Counted from the first letter of the stretch, positions 11,044-23,843 are shown. The stretch is 64,000 bases of DNA from Raillietiella orientalis (GCA_036172245.1 JAYWIR010000021.1:1054001-1118000), one strand, 5' to 3'. A program made the numbers and translations. The notes: generated by a model from the sequence alone, not told the origin.

Positions 11044-11469
11044 CTGGAACACGGGGTCACGTGGATTTCGCACTTCTCCGCGAGCACGATTTCGCTTGGC
11101 AGCGGGCAGCAGACCTCTCGAAGACGAAGAGGACCAACGACCAGGGAAGACAGAAGAAGGCAAGGGGGGCCCAGACTCCCGAAAGAAGCCGCTGGCACGA
11201 AGCGGGGCGATACGGAGGGCAGGAGGGGCGTGGGTCGCTCCGGCCGCCAAAACACACCCGCCCCGTGCAACGGTGACGACGAAGGCCGTCCTTCAAGAAG
11301 AGCAGAAAGCGCTGCGAGGAGGACATCAAAAAAAAAAAAAAAAGAAAAAAGAAAAGAGTTGCGCCCTGGCTTCCCCAGGACGACAAGGACGGAGCGAGAA
11401 AGAAAGGGGGCTGGGTGGGTGGGGAAGGTCCGGCTGCCAGCCCGAGAGTGCGGAAACGGAAGAACTTAC

Positions 11470-11684
11470 GGCCTGCGAAGATGCCGTCGATCTGGACAGG
11501 TTCTGCTGGTCGAAGAACTCGATGGTAGAAAAGACGTCGCCCCCGCACAAAAAGTAGGAAGAGCTCCTCTGCATGCTTCCTCTGCACGTGGGCAGGTGGC
11601 TCTTCAGGCTCGTCACATCCGCGAAGGATGCCAAGCACTGAGAGCATTGGTTGAGGTTAACCAGGGACTGCAGTTCTCGATACA
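11470..11684 (-). CDS. zfh1: zfh1/ZEB coding exon 3 (C2HC-like finger CSQCLASFADVTSLKSHLPTC plus an eroded finger)
   Basis: Acceptor gtcctttcccctccag| and donor GCC|GTAAGT; phase 1 in, phase 0 out; same frame as ORF 11326..12450. Confidence 0.85.
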
Positions 11685-11995
11685 CTGGAGGGGAAAGGAC
11701 ACACATAAAAAAGGGAGAGGAGGGAATGACAAAGTGGGGGGACACGTTCCTTCCCCGCCGCCGACCCCCTCCTCTCCGGGCCTGTCCTCGTTCCAGAGAC
11801 CGGGATGCTCGGGGGCGCAGAAAGGGACGTGAAGAGACGGCAGAAAAGAAGCGACCCCCGCGCGCGCCAGCCGACGGCCCACCCCATCCCTCGCGCGCGC
11901 AAAAGGGACGAGGAGGCCGAAAAGGGCTGCGGGGAAGAGGGGGTCGGAAGGGAGGAGGGGGGGGGCAACTGAAGGTCCGATGAGCAGGGCGTCTC

Positions 11996-12035
<40 letters not shown>

Positions 12036-12216
12036 GAGGAGGAGGAGGAGGAGGAAGCTGGGACGACGCCAAAGGGCGGGAGGGAGGATGGAGGAACTTA
12101 CGGGTGGACTCCAGCCACAGGTGCGGGACGCATCCGTGGTAGGCGTACGGCCACATGTTCCTCGAGCCACACAACAACAACAACAACAACAACAACACCA
12201 CCACCACCACCACCAC
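11996..12216. repeat. compound triplet microsatellites (GAC)n(GAG)n and (CAA)n(CAC)n flanking the candidate alternative exon
   Basis: Read directly at ~11996-12055 and ~12170-12216. Confidence 0.9.
12102..12156 (-). CDS. zfh1: candidate alternative first coding exon of a short zfh1 isoform (MWPYAYHGCVPHLWLEST-)
   Basis: ATG at 12156; 55 nt ending ACC C|GTAAGT (consensus donor, phase 1), which joins exon 3 in frame. It is a complex-sequence island between two triplet-repeat tracts. Confidence 0.55.
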
Positions 12217-14384
12217 CCCCGAGGCACATGGAACGACCACGACGGCGACGGCGGCGACGGCGAGCGGCACGGCGGCCAGCGACAGACTCCGCGCCCGCTC
12301 GCAGTGCCGCCGCTTGGCATTACGCGCGCGGGGGTTGCGAAGAGGCCGGGAGGCGACGTGTTCGGCAGAGGACGCCGCGCGCGCCGCCGTCCCACAGCTC
12401 CGCTGCAGCGGGCGTTTCTTTCCTCCTCCGCCAGGAGGACCCGCCGCCACTCGCTTCGCCGTTCCCCCCCTCCCCTCCTTTCAGAACTTCCTCCTCCGCT
12501 CCTGAAGAAACAAACAAACCCGCCCCGATCCTCCTGTCGTCCGGGAATCCGCCGCTTAGGGAGGGACTGACAGACAGGGGGAAAAAAAAAAAAAGAGGGA
12601 GAAAAAGGGGAGAGGGAGGAAGGGGGGCGGGGGGAGGGGGGCGAGGAAAAAGGGAGGGAGGGAATTTGCGAACGGAAAACGCCCTCGAGCAACCCATCCC
12701 TTCTTTTCCCTCCCTCATCCTGCAAGCAGCCCGTTTCCCGAGGAACTCTGCTCGCGGCAGACAGCAGCAGGTGCAGAAACGGGTCGAGTTCTCCCTCCCC
12801 CTTCCGAAGAGGACGGGAGCAGCGGGCGAGGGAAAGGCGCCCAACCGCAACGGGGGAAGAGAAAGGGGGTCAGCGGAAGCGCAAGACCCCCGTCTCTCCC
12901 TCCGCCGATCCCGCCAGGCAGGAATCTCGCCGCTCCGGGTGGCATGCACGAGAAGATGGCGCGCTCTCACTGGAGGCCCCCTTCCGACCCCCCTCTTCTC
13001 CCTTCCCCGCGCACCCAGCAAGCGCGTCGCCGCCCTCGATCCAGAGGGAGGGAAAAGTTGGTGTGACGGCGTGGAGGGGGTGGAACGCCTCCCCTCCCCT
13101 CCTTCCGCAAGGATCGGTGAGCGCGCTTCGGAGACAAAGGAGTGTCAGGAAGTACCAAATTATCCCCGCGCGGACCGCGACTGCATGCAAAGCAGGAGCG
13201 GGAAGGTCTCGCCCGCGATAATTGGCGTCTCAGGCAGAGGAGGAAGCGAGGAATATCGGGAACACATGCGGGCAGACGTCGTCATCTGCGGACCTGCGCG
13301 TCGTCGTCGTCGTCGTCGTCTCCGGCGAGGGAAGGCGCGCGCGGGGGTGCGACAGGGAGGGGGGATGCGCGCGCGCTCGAGAAGACGCGAGTAGGTGGGG
13401 CGGAGGAGAAGAGAGGTCCGAACGGCGGTGGCACCTCCCTCTACCCCAACCGGGACGCCGTGTCCCCAAAGCGAAGGGGGGTGAAGGAAGAGGAGGAGCG
13501 CGTCGCGGCGGCGGCCACCTACTGTCGAGAGGTCTGCAGGCGACGACGGGCGCACTGCGGCCAAAACAGTTCCTCGCGGGGGGGGGGGGGCGGCGGTCGT
13601 GAAGAGGTCCTGCCGTAAATGGCGGAGGGATCCGGGACGGGCGGTCGCCGAGGAAACCTATCCTTCCGCGGCTTCCTCGAGCACGTGCGCTCAAGAAGAC
13701 CGTGGGGCGGACGGTCGCAGGGAGAGTGCGGGCTGGTTCCGAAGCGGGAGAAGAGGTCTGGTGCTTTCCGGAAGGTCGGACTGACCTGCCTCTGGAATGG
13801 GGAAGCTACCGCGGTGGCGTCAGAGTGGGTGGCTACACCGTGCCACCTCAGACTCTCGAAGTCACTTCCTCCCCCATCCAGGCAGCAGCGCTTGCGTCGC
13901 CCTGCCGGCCACCAGATGGAGGCACAGGGAAACCTTCGAGCAGGAGTCGGGGATCCGGGTGTCCATCCCGACTCCCCTTCGCGTTCCCAGCGAGGGGAGG
14001 GGGGACGTACGGCTGCGCCCTCGGAAGGCGAAAGCCCACAAGAGGAGAGCGGGCATCATGAAGGAGCGATCGGGAAAGGGGTTGACTACGAGTCCCTATT
14101 CGCGGGAGCCGGCATCATCATCCCCTCCTGTCTGCTGGAAGATGCTGTGCTGGTCAGGGAGGGGGAGGATGGGAATCCGGGAAGGAGTGGGCCGCTCCGC
14201 TCCCCCATCAGTTCAATTCCAGGAGGGAGAGGGGGGTGAAGCCACGTCCGTCCGTGGAGCTGAAGACGCGCGATCAAGCGGCGCTTCGGTTGGCCGCCAC
14301 ACCGGCCGAGCGAGCCGCGAGGCGGGACGCCCTTCCCCCTCGTAAGAGGAGAATTCGCGTTTGGAAACATCGGGTGGTGTCCAA

Positions 14385-14437
14385 GGTGGTGGTGGTGGTG
14401 GTGGTGGTGGTGGTGGTGGTGGTGGTGGCGGCGGCGG
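14385..14437. repeat. (GGT)n(GGC)n microsatellite in intron 2
   Basis: Read directly. Confidence 0.9.
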
Positions 14438-14519
14438 CCTCCCTCGAAAGAGGGGTCGGCTCGCAGAATCCAAGTGGGAAGGGGCGCGAGGGGAGGCGGG
14501 TAGTCAACGCCAGGCTCAC

Positions 14520-14711
14520 CTTTCTCCTTGCGGCAGGTCCCGTTGAAGTCCCTCCCTTTGCCATCCCCCACGACCGCGGCGGGCAGGATGACGGCGGCCG
14601 CAGTGTCCTTGAGGGCGAGGTACTCCTGGATCCTGTCCTGGAGACCGGCGCGGTTTGGGGTGGCCCCGAGAGAGTCGCAGCTGCCATCGGTCTCCATGCT
14701 TTCCGGCTCCA
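14520..14711 (-). CDS. zfh1: zfh1/ZEB coding exon 2 (VEPESMETDG...RIQEYLALKDTAAAVILP...CRKEK)
   Basis: Acceptor CTGAC-tccgtgtcttgcag| (branch point plus AG) and donor AAG|GTGAG; 192 nt, phase 1/1. IQEYLALKDTAAAVILP resembles the ZEB motif IEEYLQRSDTAIIYP. Confidence 0.85.
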
Positions 14712-17700
14712 CTGCAAGACACGGAGTCAGCACTTTCGGCTGGCGTCCTTGGTCCCTTCCCTGTGCCTTCCCACCCCCCTCCCGGCCCTGTAGCTGCAGT
14801 CTACTCCTCTTCCTGCTCCGGCGCAGCAGCCGCGAGAGACCCACGTCGCCGCCGCGACCCAACGGGGGCTAGAAGATCTCCCCACTGTCCCCTGCCGATT
14901 GCTCTCCCTCTCATTTTTAGAGGGGCTCGCGACATAGGCGTGGAGGGAAGAGGAAGGGAATGGGGGCGAGAACACGAAGCGCAAGGATAGCTTTATGAAA
15001 AGAACACCCTCCTCGTCCCGTCGGCCCCCTCCCGCCTTTCTGGGAGGTACCAGTGGCGGCGACTGGGCGGAGGCTGAGGAGGGAAGCTGTCATCCAACGG
15101 GACGGGGTGCGAACGATGGGAAAAGCGGCGCAGGAGGAGGAGCCAAAGTCGAAAACCGGGAAGATCCATCCTAGGAAGGATGAGGAGAGGGGTGAAGCTT
15201 CCGGCGTTCAACAGTTGCTTGCCGGGCTGTTTGCGATTGGAAAAAATAAAAATAAAAATAAAAATAAAAATGGGGGCGATGGTGGTGGCAACATTGATTC
15301 GGCATGGTTCCTCCAAGGGAAGCTCTGCCTCCCCTTTCTGAGCCTTGACCGGTGCCGCCTGCGTCACCCCCCCGCTCTCGTCCTACGAGCGTTGAGCTCT
15401 GCCCCGAAAGGCGCAGACCCCAAGGTCGCGCGCAGGAAGGGTCAGTCCTGACCGAAGGTCGATCTCGGCGGAGCCTTCAAGCGGGGATGCCGGATGGCGC
15501 ACCAGTGGCTCGCAGAGATTCGCGACACTCCGCCATTCCCTCTCCCACTCCCCAGGTCCTTTTACCCGGGAGCAGGCCTGCCGTCCTTCACCAGGCAGCG
15601 CGCGTGGAGGGAGGAGGAGTAGGGAACCCTGACGGCCTGCTCTCCCAACCGTGCGGTCATCCCAGGCCTCCCGCGGGAGCCGATCGGTACCCCTGACATC
15701 AGTCCGCTTTGAGAGCTGGAATGGGAGAGGACGGTCACGCCATCCCGGATGCACAGGGCTGCTGCCGCCGCCATCCTCGTCCATCCGTCTCACCCCGGAT
15801 GGGGGACGAATGGGTCCGCGAGCGCGGCTGCCAGGAAGCTCCCTCGCGCTCCCGGGGAACGAGAGCGGGGCGTCAATCGCTGCGCAGCGGCGTGCACCCG
15901 CCGCAAGGAAACCGTTGCGGAAAAAAGCCCGAGGAGCGTCCGCCCGCCTTCCTTCTCTCCTCCCCGAAGGGAAAAGTGGGAGAGAGTTCGACTCCGGACA
16001 GGAGAGCAAGGGGAAGGGAGGGAAGGAATGGGTGCGCGGACACGCCCCCTTTCCCCGCTGCGGGCCAGGCTCCGAGTAGGGGTCCCCTTGGGTGCCCCCG
16101 GAACGCGAGTCACCAAAGGTAGCGGCCGACAAGCGAACACGAGCGGCGCGGCGGGGAGTCGTCTCTCGAGGGTCCGTGGTCACACAGGGAGGGAGGACTC
16201 TGTCGCGGGGCCGCCGAAACTGCCCACAAGTGCCCTGCAGGCTGCCTCTGTTCGCGGTTCTGGAGCTGCCAGGAGGGCGGTGGCGGGCAGACGTGACCAC
16301 GGGAGCGCCATTCCCGCGCTCGCCCTTTTTTCTCGGCTCCAAACCTCTTCAGGAACGCCAGGTGCCCCAGGAGCCGCACCCACTACAAGGAAGGGGAGAA
16401 GTTTGGGGAAGCCCATCCGGAAAGCGCAGGCTAGCCGAACCAGGGAGCGCGGCCACGAGCCAAGTCCCGGCTTTCGCTTTGACCCCCTCTTGACCAAGAC
16501 GCCTGGGTGGTAGCATCCGTCAAACGAGGTCGAGCGAGGTCCCAGTCTACAATCCAGGGCTCCCCCCTCCTTCCCAACGGCTTGCCGCCACGGAGCAAAG
16601 AGTCCTTCGGTGCGCCCCCCTCGGAGGAAATCTGCGGTGCGCACAGTTCTTGCCGGGGCGTTCCTGGCTGACGGGCAGCGGCCGCTTTGCAGCAGGGACT
16701 CCTCGGCTCCGTGCGGAGGTCGGCACGCGTCCGTCCTGCCAGCTGAAGGCGGAGGAGGCAGGGACGCTCCCCGGGCACTCCAGGGACCTGGGGGAACGAT
16801 TCGCTGAGGCCGCCGCCGGCGTGCCGGAAGCGCAACCTCCTTCCTGCGCTCCGCTCCCTAATCAAGGCGTCCGATCTTGACGGATCCTCCGAGCTACGAG
16901 CGGGACCCAGGGAGATAGCCATCTCCAATTTGCTCCCGCTGGATGGACGGCGCTTTCTCGGGACGAGGGACGGCGCAGGGCAAGGCCCGCAAGGTCTACA
17001 AATCACCGTCCTGGGAGATGGCCATGCGGGGGCGAAGAGTGGATTCCCGGGGAAAAACGAGGGGGCGATCCACGGCCCCCACCGCCTTAATTGCAAGGGA
17101 TCCCAGCGAGAGGGGAGGGGAACCGTCCTGCTGCCGAGAGAACCCGCTCCCGGAGAAAGGGGCGTCTCCCGCCCGCGTTCCAGCCGAGGCGCCCCGCCTT
17201 TCCCCGGCAGGAGGAGGCGGAGAGTGCGTGCCCTTTCTTTTCCCTTCTCGCCTCCAGTCCGAAAGCGCCCGGAGAACCGAACAGGAGGAACGGGAAAAGG
17301 GGTGGGGAGGCCGAGCGAGGCAAAGGTACGACCGCAGCGAAGCTGCGCGAGGGAAAAGGGAAGCTCTCGAAAGACGGCGACTGCGGACCGCCAAAGATCC
17401 CAATTCCACTGCCTGCATCACGAGTTCCTACCTTTCGTGGGCACCTTTTCTCCTCGTTGCGAGGGAAACGTTCTGGATCAAACGCCCGCACGAGGAAGGG
17501 GATGATGAGGAGGAGGACGCCATGCGCCGTGAACGATCCGGAGAGGAGCGCTCCCGCCGGAAGGGACGGGGGAACCGGAGAGAGGCAACACGCCGCTGGT
17601 GCCTGCGAGGTGTCTGCTGACTCCCCCCTTTTCCTGTCTCCTTTCCCGGAAACCCGACCCCGGGGAGCACCGCGGTCCTCCAGCCGGTCATTGGGAGCCG

Positions 17701-19584
17701 AGCCCGTGGGGGTTGCCGCGACGGTGCTTCGCCCGCCAGGGCGAAATGGGGCGAGAGGAGGACCGACGAATGCTTTCCCGCCCCGTCCCCCCACCTCACG
17801 CTGACGCCCTGACCTGGTGACACTGCGGCCGGTGCAGCCGCTCCTCCGCCGGGCAAGAGGAGGGAGGGTCTCCACGACGCCACGGACGCCCTCCTCTGCG
17901 AGTCCGACGACCGGGAAGGCCCGGCCTCTTCCAGCGGTCCCCGAGAGGTGCTGCGTCGCCGCCGCCGGACCCCTCGAGCGAGCAGCCTCCGAGCCCAGGG
18001 AAGAGGCGGGACGCGGAGGCAGGGTCGGGGGAGCGATCGAATAGGCGGGACGCGGAGGGCGCACACCCCTTCTCCTCCCCTCCATCGACTGCCGGTGGCG
18101 GTGCACCCGCCGGAGGGTCTCAGCGTGCGCTGACCGGTGCTGCCGCGGCGTCCCGCCAGCACGGCTCCTGGCGTGCTCCGGGAATCCCCTTCCCGCCTTT
18201 TCTGCGCCAAGTCCCCCCCTCCCCCCGTCCGTGCCTCCCTCGCAGCGCCCGCACCTTTATTCCCCGCCGTCGACGTCCCCGCAGCAGAAGGCCCTCTGGA
18301 GTGTACCGGGATGGATGCGGATCCTCTGGGAACATGCGAGCCATCCACTTTGCTGCCCGGTAGGCAGCCTGTCACGTGATTCGTCACCATCATCAGCGGG
18401 TCACGCCATCGACGGAAACGCTCAGCAGCGGCGGACCGGCTGAGATTCTTCGCGGAGGACGCCGCGACCGAGCGCGCGCGCGCGCGCGCCGGGGGGGGAG
18501 GGAAGCGGGGAGGAGTGTCCTTGGGCATTCTTTCTTTCCCTCCCGTTCCTTTCCTGAGGGATGCTCCGAACATCTTGCTGACACCATAAAACACGAGAAC
18601 CCAGCATCCCGCCCGCTCTTATTATTTTCCCGTCGCACGACGGCAATCTGGCGTGCCCCGGGACTTTTTCGGCAACTCCCGGTCTTTTATATGGCCGGCT
18701 GAGCGCGCGAACCGCCGCTGCCTCCTTTATGGCGGCGGTTCCCGGCGGTTCCCGGCGCTGCGAGAGACGAATGCGTCGATTTCATGCGGCCATAAATCTC
18801 GAAGGAGAGGAGGAACCGGGAGGGAGGGAGGGGAAGAGAGAAAGGAACGGGAGAGGAGGATGGTTGCTGGCAACCTGGGATGGAAAATCCGACGCTCTGT
18901 TCCCCGGGCGGCGCGCGCGCGAATCGTGGAGGAGGGCAGCGCCCGAGGCGGCACCTTCGGCCGCGTTTTGTCGGTTTGCGATGGCGCGCGCCGTTCGGCG
19001 CCATCGCAAATCACCCGGCGCAGGAGGGTAGTAGGTAGGCACGCACGCACCGCCCGCGAGTGAGGGCAAGCATCGCTTCGGGGGGGGGGGTGGGGGGTCT
19101 CAGGATTTCGCGCAGGAGAGAGCGGGAAGGGGGGGAAGGGGAAAAAGCAGCCGACGCGCGGGACTTTCAAGGTCGCTGCTGAGACGCGGGTGACAGCCGT
19201 CCGCGTCGCCTTTCTTGGGCGAAAAGAACGGGGGGAGGGGTGGGGGGCAGGGCCCGAGTGCCCATCTCCATCCATCCTGGCGAGCCACTCATCCAAGACC
19301 ACGCGCGGTCCCCAGGTCAAGGAAACTTCCCCCCCCCCCCCCCCTTCCCGAATAAAGAGGGGAAAAAGGAAAGGTGGCGTCGTCCCCTTCCCCGTGGTCG
19401 TCGTCGTCCCGGGAGAGAGGCTGCGTCCCGTGTGCAGGCGTTCCCTGTCCCGAAACGATGACGACGACGACGTCTCGACGCGGGCGCTAGGGAGCAACGG
19501 CAACGACAAAAAAGGAAACACCCTGTTGCTATGCCGCGGCGGGCGGTGGCGGAGGCACTCGGAGGGGGAGAGACACGACGGCAT

Positions 19585-19778
19585 CCAATCACGGATGATG
19601 CCGCCGCTTCCTCTCGCAAGAGGGGAGAGCCGCGCGCCCGGAGCGGATGCGCACCTGCGGCGACAGCAGGTGAAGGGAAGCCAATGGCGGGGCAGAGGCC
19701 CAGGTGAACGCGCGCGCCTGCGCCAACCAATGGAGAGGGCTGGAAGCGGCAGGATATCCGTGGCCGTGACGTCACGGC
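19585..19778. promoter_or_regulatory. intron-1 regulatory module: 3 ZEB-type E-boxes, 3 CCAAT, 16-bp CRE palindrome
   Basis: CACCTG 19652, CAGGTG 19667 and 19701; CCAAT 19585, 19681, 19727; GCCGTGACGTCACGGC 19763-19778. Confidence 0.5.
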
Positions 19779-22700
19779 GAATGGAAGGAGAAGCCATGTG
19801 CTTGCCATCTGCTCCGCAGGACAAGGTCAAGGTTTCCGTCTTCCAGGGAAAGGGGGGAAGGGAGCGCTCCCCATTCCCATCCTTCTTCCTCCTCCTCCTC
19901 CTCCTCCCCCCCACCGCACCGGAAAGAACTCGGGAAACGACGACGGTGACACGGGGGATCCCGCGCTCGGACGTGGCGCGCACGCGAGCCGCCTTTGGAG
20001 CCATCAGACTGCGGCCTCGCCCCCGTCTGGCCTTCCTGGAAGCCTCGGGACGCGGGAGAGCGGCTGTGCGTTCTGCTGGGTGGGCGCCGAGACGTAAGAA
20101 ATGGCACCCCCCCCCCCCTTCCTCCCGCCTTCCCGCGTGCGAAGCACCGGCGTCGCTTCCGCGCGCGAACCATCCGCCGCCGGCAGCAGCGTTGGCGCCA
20201 GAGCGCGCGGCTCGGGAGTTTCCTCAGGGAGGGGGGGGGGGGGGGGAAGGGCAGCGGCGGGGAAGAGGAAAGCGGTGAGGGGGAGGTCGAGTTGCCGAAA
20301 GCCGATCCCCCTTCTTCCCGCACCGACGATCGGAGGAATCCTTTCCAGGAGTGAGCGATTCCTGCGCGACGAGCTCTGGCCGTCGGGACGCCCGCCATCC
20401 CTCCCGCGTCGCCCTCGGCGGGAGGGGTGGCACGGGAGGGGCGGCGGAAGTTCTCCGTTCTCTCGCGGAGCGGGAAAAACAGCTGATCCCGCCGGAAGCT
20501 CCGGAGAAGCCGACGGAAGGGAACGCGCGCGCCGGGAGCGAGGAGAAAACGGCAGCAGATTTTTTTCCTCTCTCTCTCCCGAAGACACCTGACCTGGCGC
20601 TCCTGCCACCGTTCGCGGGGGGGACGGGCAGCCGGGAAGAGAGAGAGAGAGAGGGGGTGGGGGGGTGGAGGGGAGAGGCGAGCGAGGGAGCGACGTCCCG
20701 CCGCTCCCTCGCGCGCGCTCCTCCCCGGGGAACGCGTCGTCCCCCCTTGTGTACTGTCGGGCGCGCCGACCGGATCCGTCCCTGCTGGATGCCGCGCCAC
20801 CCGTTCCCGCTTTGTTCTTCTTCCGGGAGCTCCCCTGTTGCTGCTCGTGCGCGAACGACATACCCCACTCGCGCCCTCAGGAGGAAATGGACGGGAATTA
20901 CGGGTGTCTCCTCGCGCGCGCGAGATCTCGATGATTGCCTTCCGGATTGGCATCTTCCCCCCCCCCTTCCCCCCACCGGGATCGAGAGCTGGCGGGATCG
21001 CATTCTTCCTCCCTCCTCCTCCTCCTGGCACCCGATCCACTCTACTCGTTCCCGCTCGGGAGCAGCCGCGGCGCATTCCTTCCTTCCCGCCTTAGGTAGG
21101 CGTCTACTCGATGCAATCTCGGGGAATAGCAGGGAACTTTTTATTCGGGAAAGGGAGGCGGAAGGAGGGGAGGAAGAACGAAGGAAGGGAGAGGGGACAG
21201 GGAAATGATCCCGGAACACGGGCGCCCCCTGACGGCCAAGAAGCCTCCGAAATTCCTTCCGGATGCTGTCATGACTACACCTATCGATTTGCCATTAGCG
21301 AGGAATCCCATCCATCTTTGCGTCCGTACCCCCGCGAGCCGACTCCCTCCTCCCGCACGGCGAGCTGGAAGAAGCGCGCGGGGAGGCACGCGCGCTGTTC
21401 CCCCCCACCCCTCCGTCGGAGGGGTCACTCGCTCCCCTCCCCGGGGGACAAAAAGGACGCCGGCGAAGGAGCCACAGCGCGGGTCGCCGAAAGGACAGAA
21501 CGCGCGGCGGACCGCCGCACACGCTTACGCCCCCCGGAAACCCCCCCCCCCCCCCCCCGATCCGTGGTCAGGCGCGGATGGGTTCTCCCGTCTGCAGGAA
21601 GGATCCGCCGGAGGGCAGAGAGAAGGGTCATCCCATCCAGCCGCGAGCGACCAAGGGGAGGCCGTTTTTCCGAGTAGAAGGGAAGGGTCGCACGCAGCGT
21701 TCCCGGAACGCGCTCGGTCACTCACGAAGAAGGTCAGGCGCACCGCAGGGCGCAGAGGGAAGGAAGAATTGCCTGCCGGGAGTGCATTCGGGGTCGCACC
21801 TGGGCAAAGGCCGCGCGTCGCAAATCAAGAGGGGAGGGGGAGCTAAGCGCGGGGGCGGCGGCGGCGGCGGCGGGATGTCGCTCTCTCGCTCGCCTCTCCC
21901 CTCCCCTCCTCCCGGCAAACCGACCGTGAATTTCTTCTTCTTCCTCCTCCTCCTGCTCGAGGCAGCGCCACGCACCTGCCTCGCGCCTGCGCCCGTCTGC
22001 GGCGGAAACTACGCCGCTGCTGCCATCGACCACTGGCTGCACGAACCTCCGGCAACCACTCTCACGAGTACATGAAAAATGATGAAGATGACTATCTCTC
22101 CCGTGTCAGAGCCCGGCGGATGAAAAATGCGCGGAACGGGAGCGACGCGGAAAAAAAGTTCCGAGCTGCCAGACTCCTCCTCCCCCTTCCTCCTCCTCCG
22201 GGATCGATAGCTGCAGCTTCCGAAAGTTACGGAGATCGGTCACCGGCCTGGTGGAAGGAAATCTTCGCGACGCACCGCCACCGGGCAGCGGGCGGGCAGA
22301 GCAGCAGCACGCCGCGCGACCCTACACGAAGGGCTGCCGCTGCCCGCACACGCACCGGCCGCTGGCTAGGCTGGTGGTGGTGGTGGTGGTGGCGGCGTGC
22401 AGCAGCATTCTTCAGCCCGTGCAACACAACCGGGTCGGACCACCGGACCGGCGAGGAACAATGGGAACGGCGGCGGCGGCGGCGCGCGGAAAAATTCCCG
22501 AGGAGAGGAGCAGCCGTTCCCAGGGATGCGGAACCCGAAACTTCCCGTGGCGTCCGCGGCCGGCCGCGGAAGCGCGCACCTTCGCGCGTGAAGGAGCTTA
22601 CGGGAGGAAGAGCGCCGCCGCCGCCGCCGCCGCCCGAACGCCTCACCGGGTGGACGGGGGGAGCAGTCGGGACGGGAATTTTTGCCTGGAAACTCTGTCC

Positions 22701-23750
22701 GTTCCCGTCTTTTCCAGGATGGCGGGAGAGCGCGTGTCGGCTTTGCCCGTCCCATCAAGGTCGTCGTTCTTTTTTTTTTTCTTTTTTTTTTTTTTCTTCT
22801 CCCCCCCCCCCCTTTCTTCTCCTCCTGCGTGCGTGTGCGTGTGTGTGATGTGAATGCGTGTGCGAGCGCGCGGGGGCGCGCCTTTTCCTTCCTTTTTCAC
22901 GAAAACGTCGCCTTTCCGCTCGACGGGCGTTGGAGCGACGGTGCGAATTTCTGCTGCGACAGCACGAAACTCAATCGCAACACTCAGCACGAGGGCGACA
23001 GTTGTTCCTGCGCAGAACTTCGGGACGTGCGGCAATCGGGAAACTTCCCGCAGAGCAAAACGCGAGAGGGAAGGACGGGAAGTGCGAAAGGAAACAGAGG
23101 TGCCACCTAGGTGAGCACCTGGTCCATTCGGGTTTTCCTGCGTCCGGTGCATCACCCGAAACCCAAGTTTCACGCAGGTCCGATGCAGCAGCCGCCCCCG
23201 CCACGGAACCTCGGCGTTCGGCTGCTCTCCGCACTCATCCGAGCTGAATACGTTCTTCCGGAGGCGAGAAACAAAAACACACGCCCACGCACGCACAAAA
23301 AAACATGCCCCGTGTCCCCGTTGCCGTGCAGGCAGAGGGCCGTCTTGAACGCCTTGGAAGCGAGGTCTCCCGACGGAAACTTTGCAGGCCTTTTCTGTTG
23401 TTGTTTTGTTTTCGAACCACCGTTCCTGACGCTCACTTGAGAACGCGGCACATGTACCCCGTCGAGAGTTTGCTCATTCTCCTGCACCCTCGAGTCCTCC
23501 TCTCCCACTCGCTGCAGAAGCTGGGATGTTGTTGGTCAACATTCCTTTTCCGTAAACGTCGACGAGAAGAGTCCGAACGAGTGGACGCATGCAAGCAGCA
23601 TGTATGCTTTGCACAAATGGCTGCACGCCGTGGGGACGACGGTGCGCGTCCCAATTTGCTTCGATGACGCACGTGACGCCGCGAATTATCCATCTTGTTT
23701 TCTCGGATCGCCGTTCCCGCGCTGGCGTCGCCGTTTCCGTGGACACTTTG

Positions 23751-23843
23751 GGGCTCCAACAATGCGCGCTTCCACGTCAACTATCGATGGGCTCCAACAA
23801 TGCGCGCTTCCACGTCAACTATCGATGGGCTCCAACAATGCGC
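23751..23843. repeat. 38-bp tandem repeat, ~2.4 copies
   Basis: Unit gggctccaacaatgcgcgcttccacgtcaactatcgat at 23751 and 23789 (identical), partial copy at 23827. Confidence 0.95.

Noticed and set aside
11044..11130. Upstream acceptors for exon 4 (~11115)
   Set aside because: Those AGs give phase 1 or 2; the exon-3 donor is phase 0, which the ttccag before 11043 satisfies.
23751..23843. 38-bp repeats as a CRISPR array
   Set aside because: Head-to-tail with no spacers, no cas genes, eukaryotic context.
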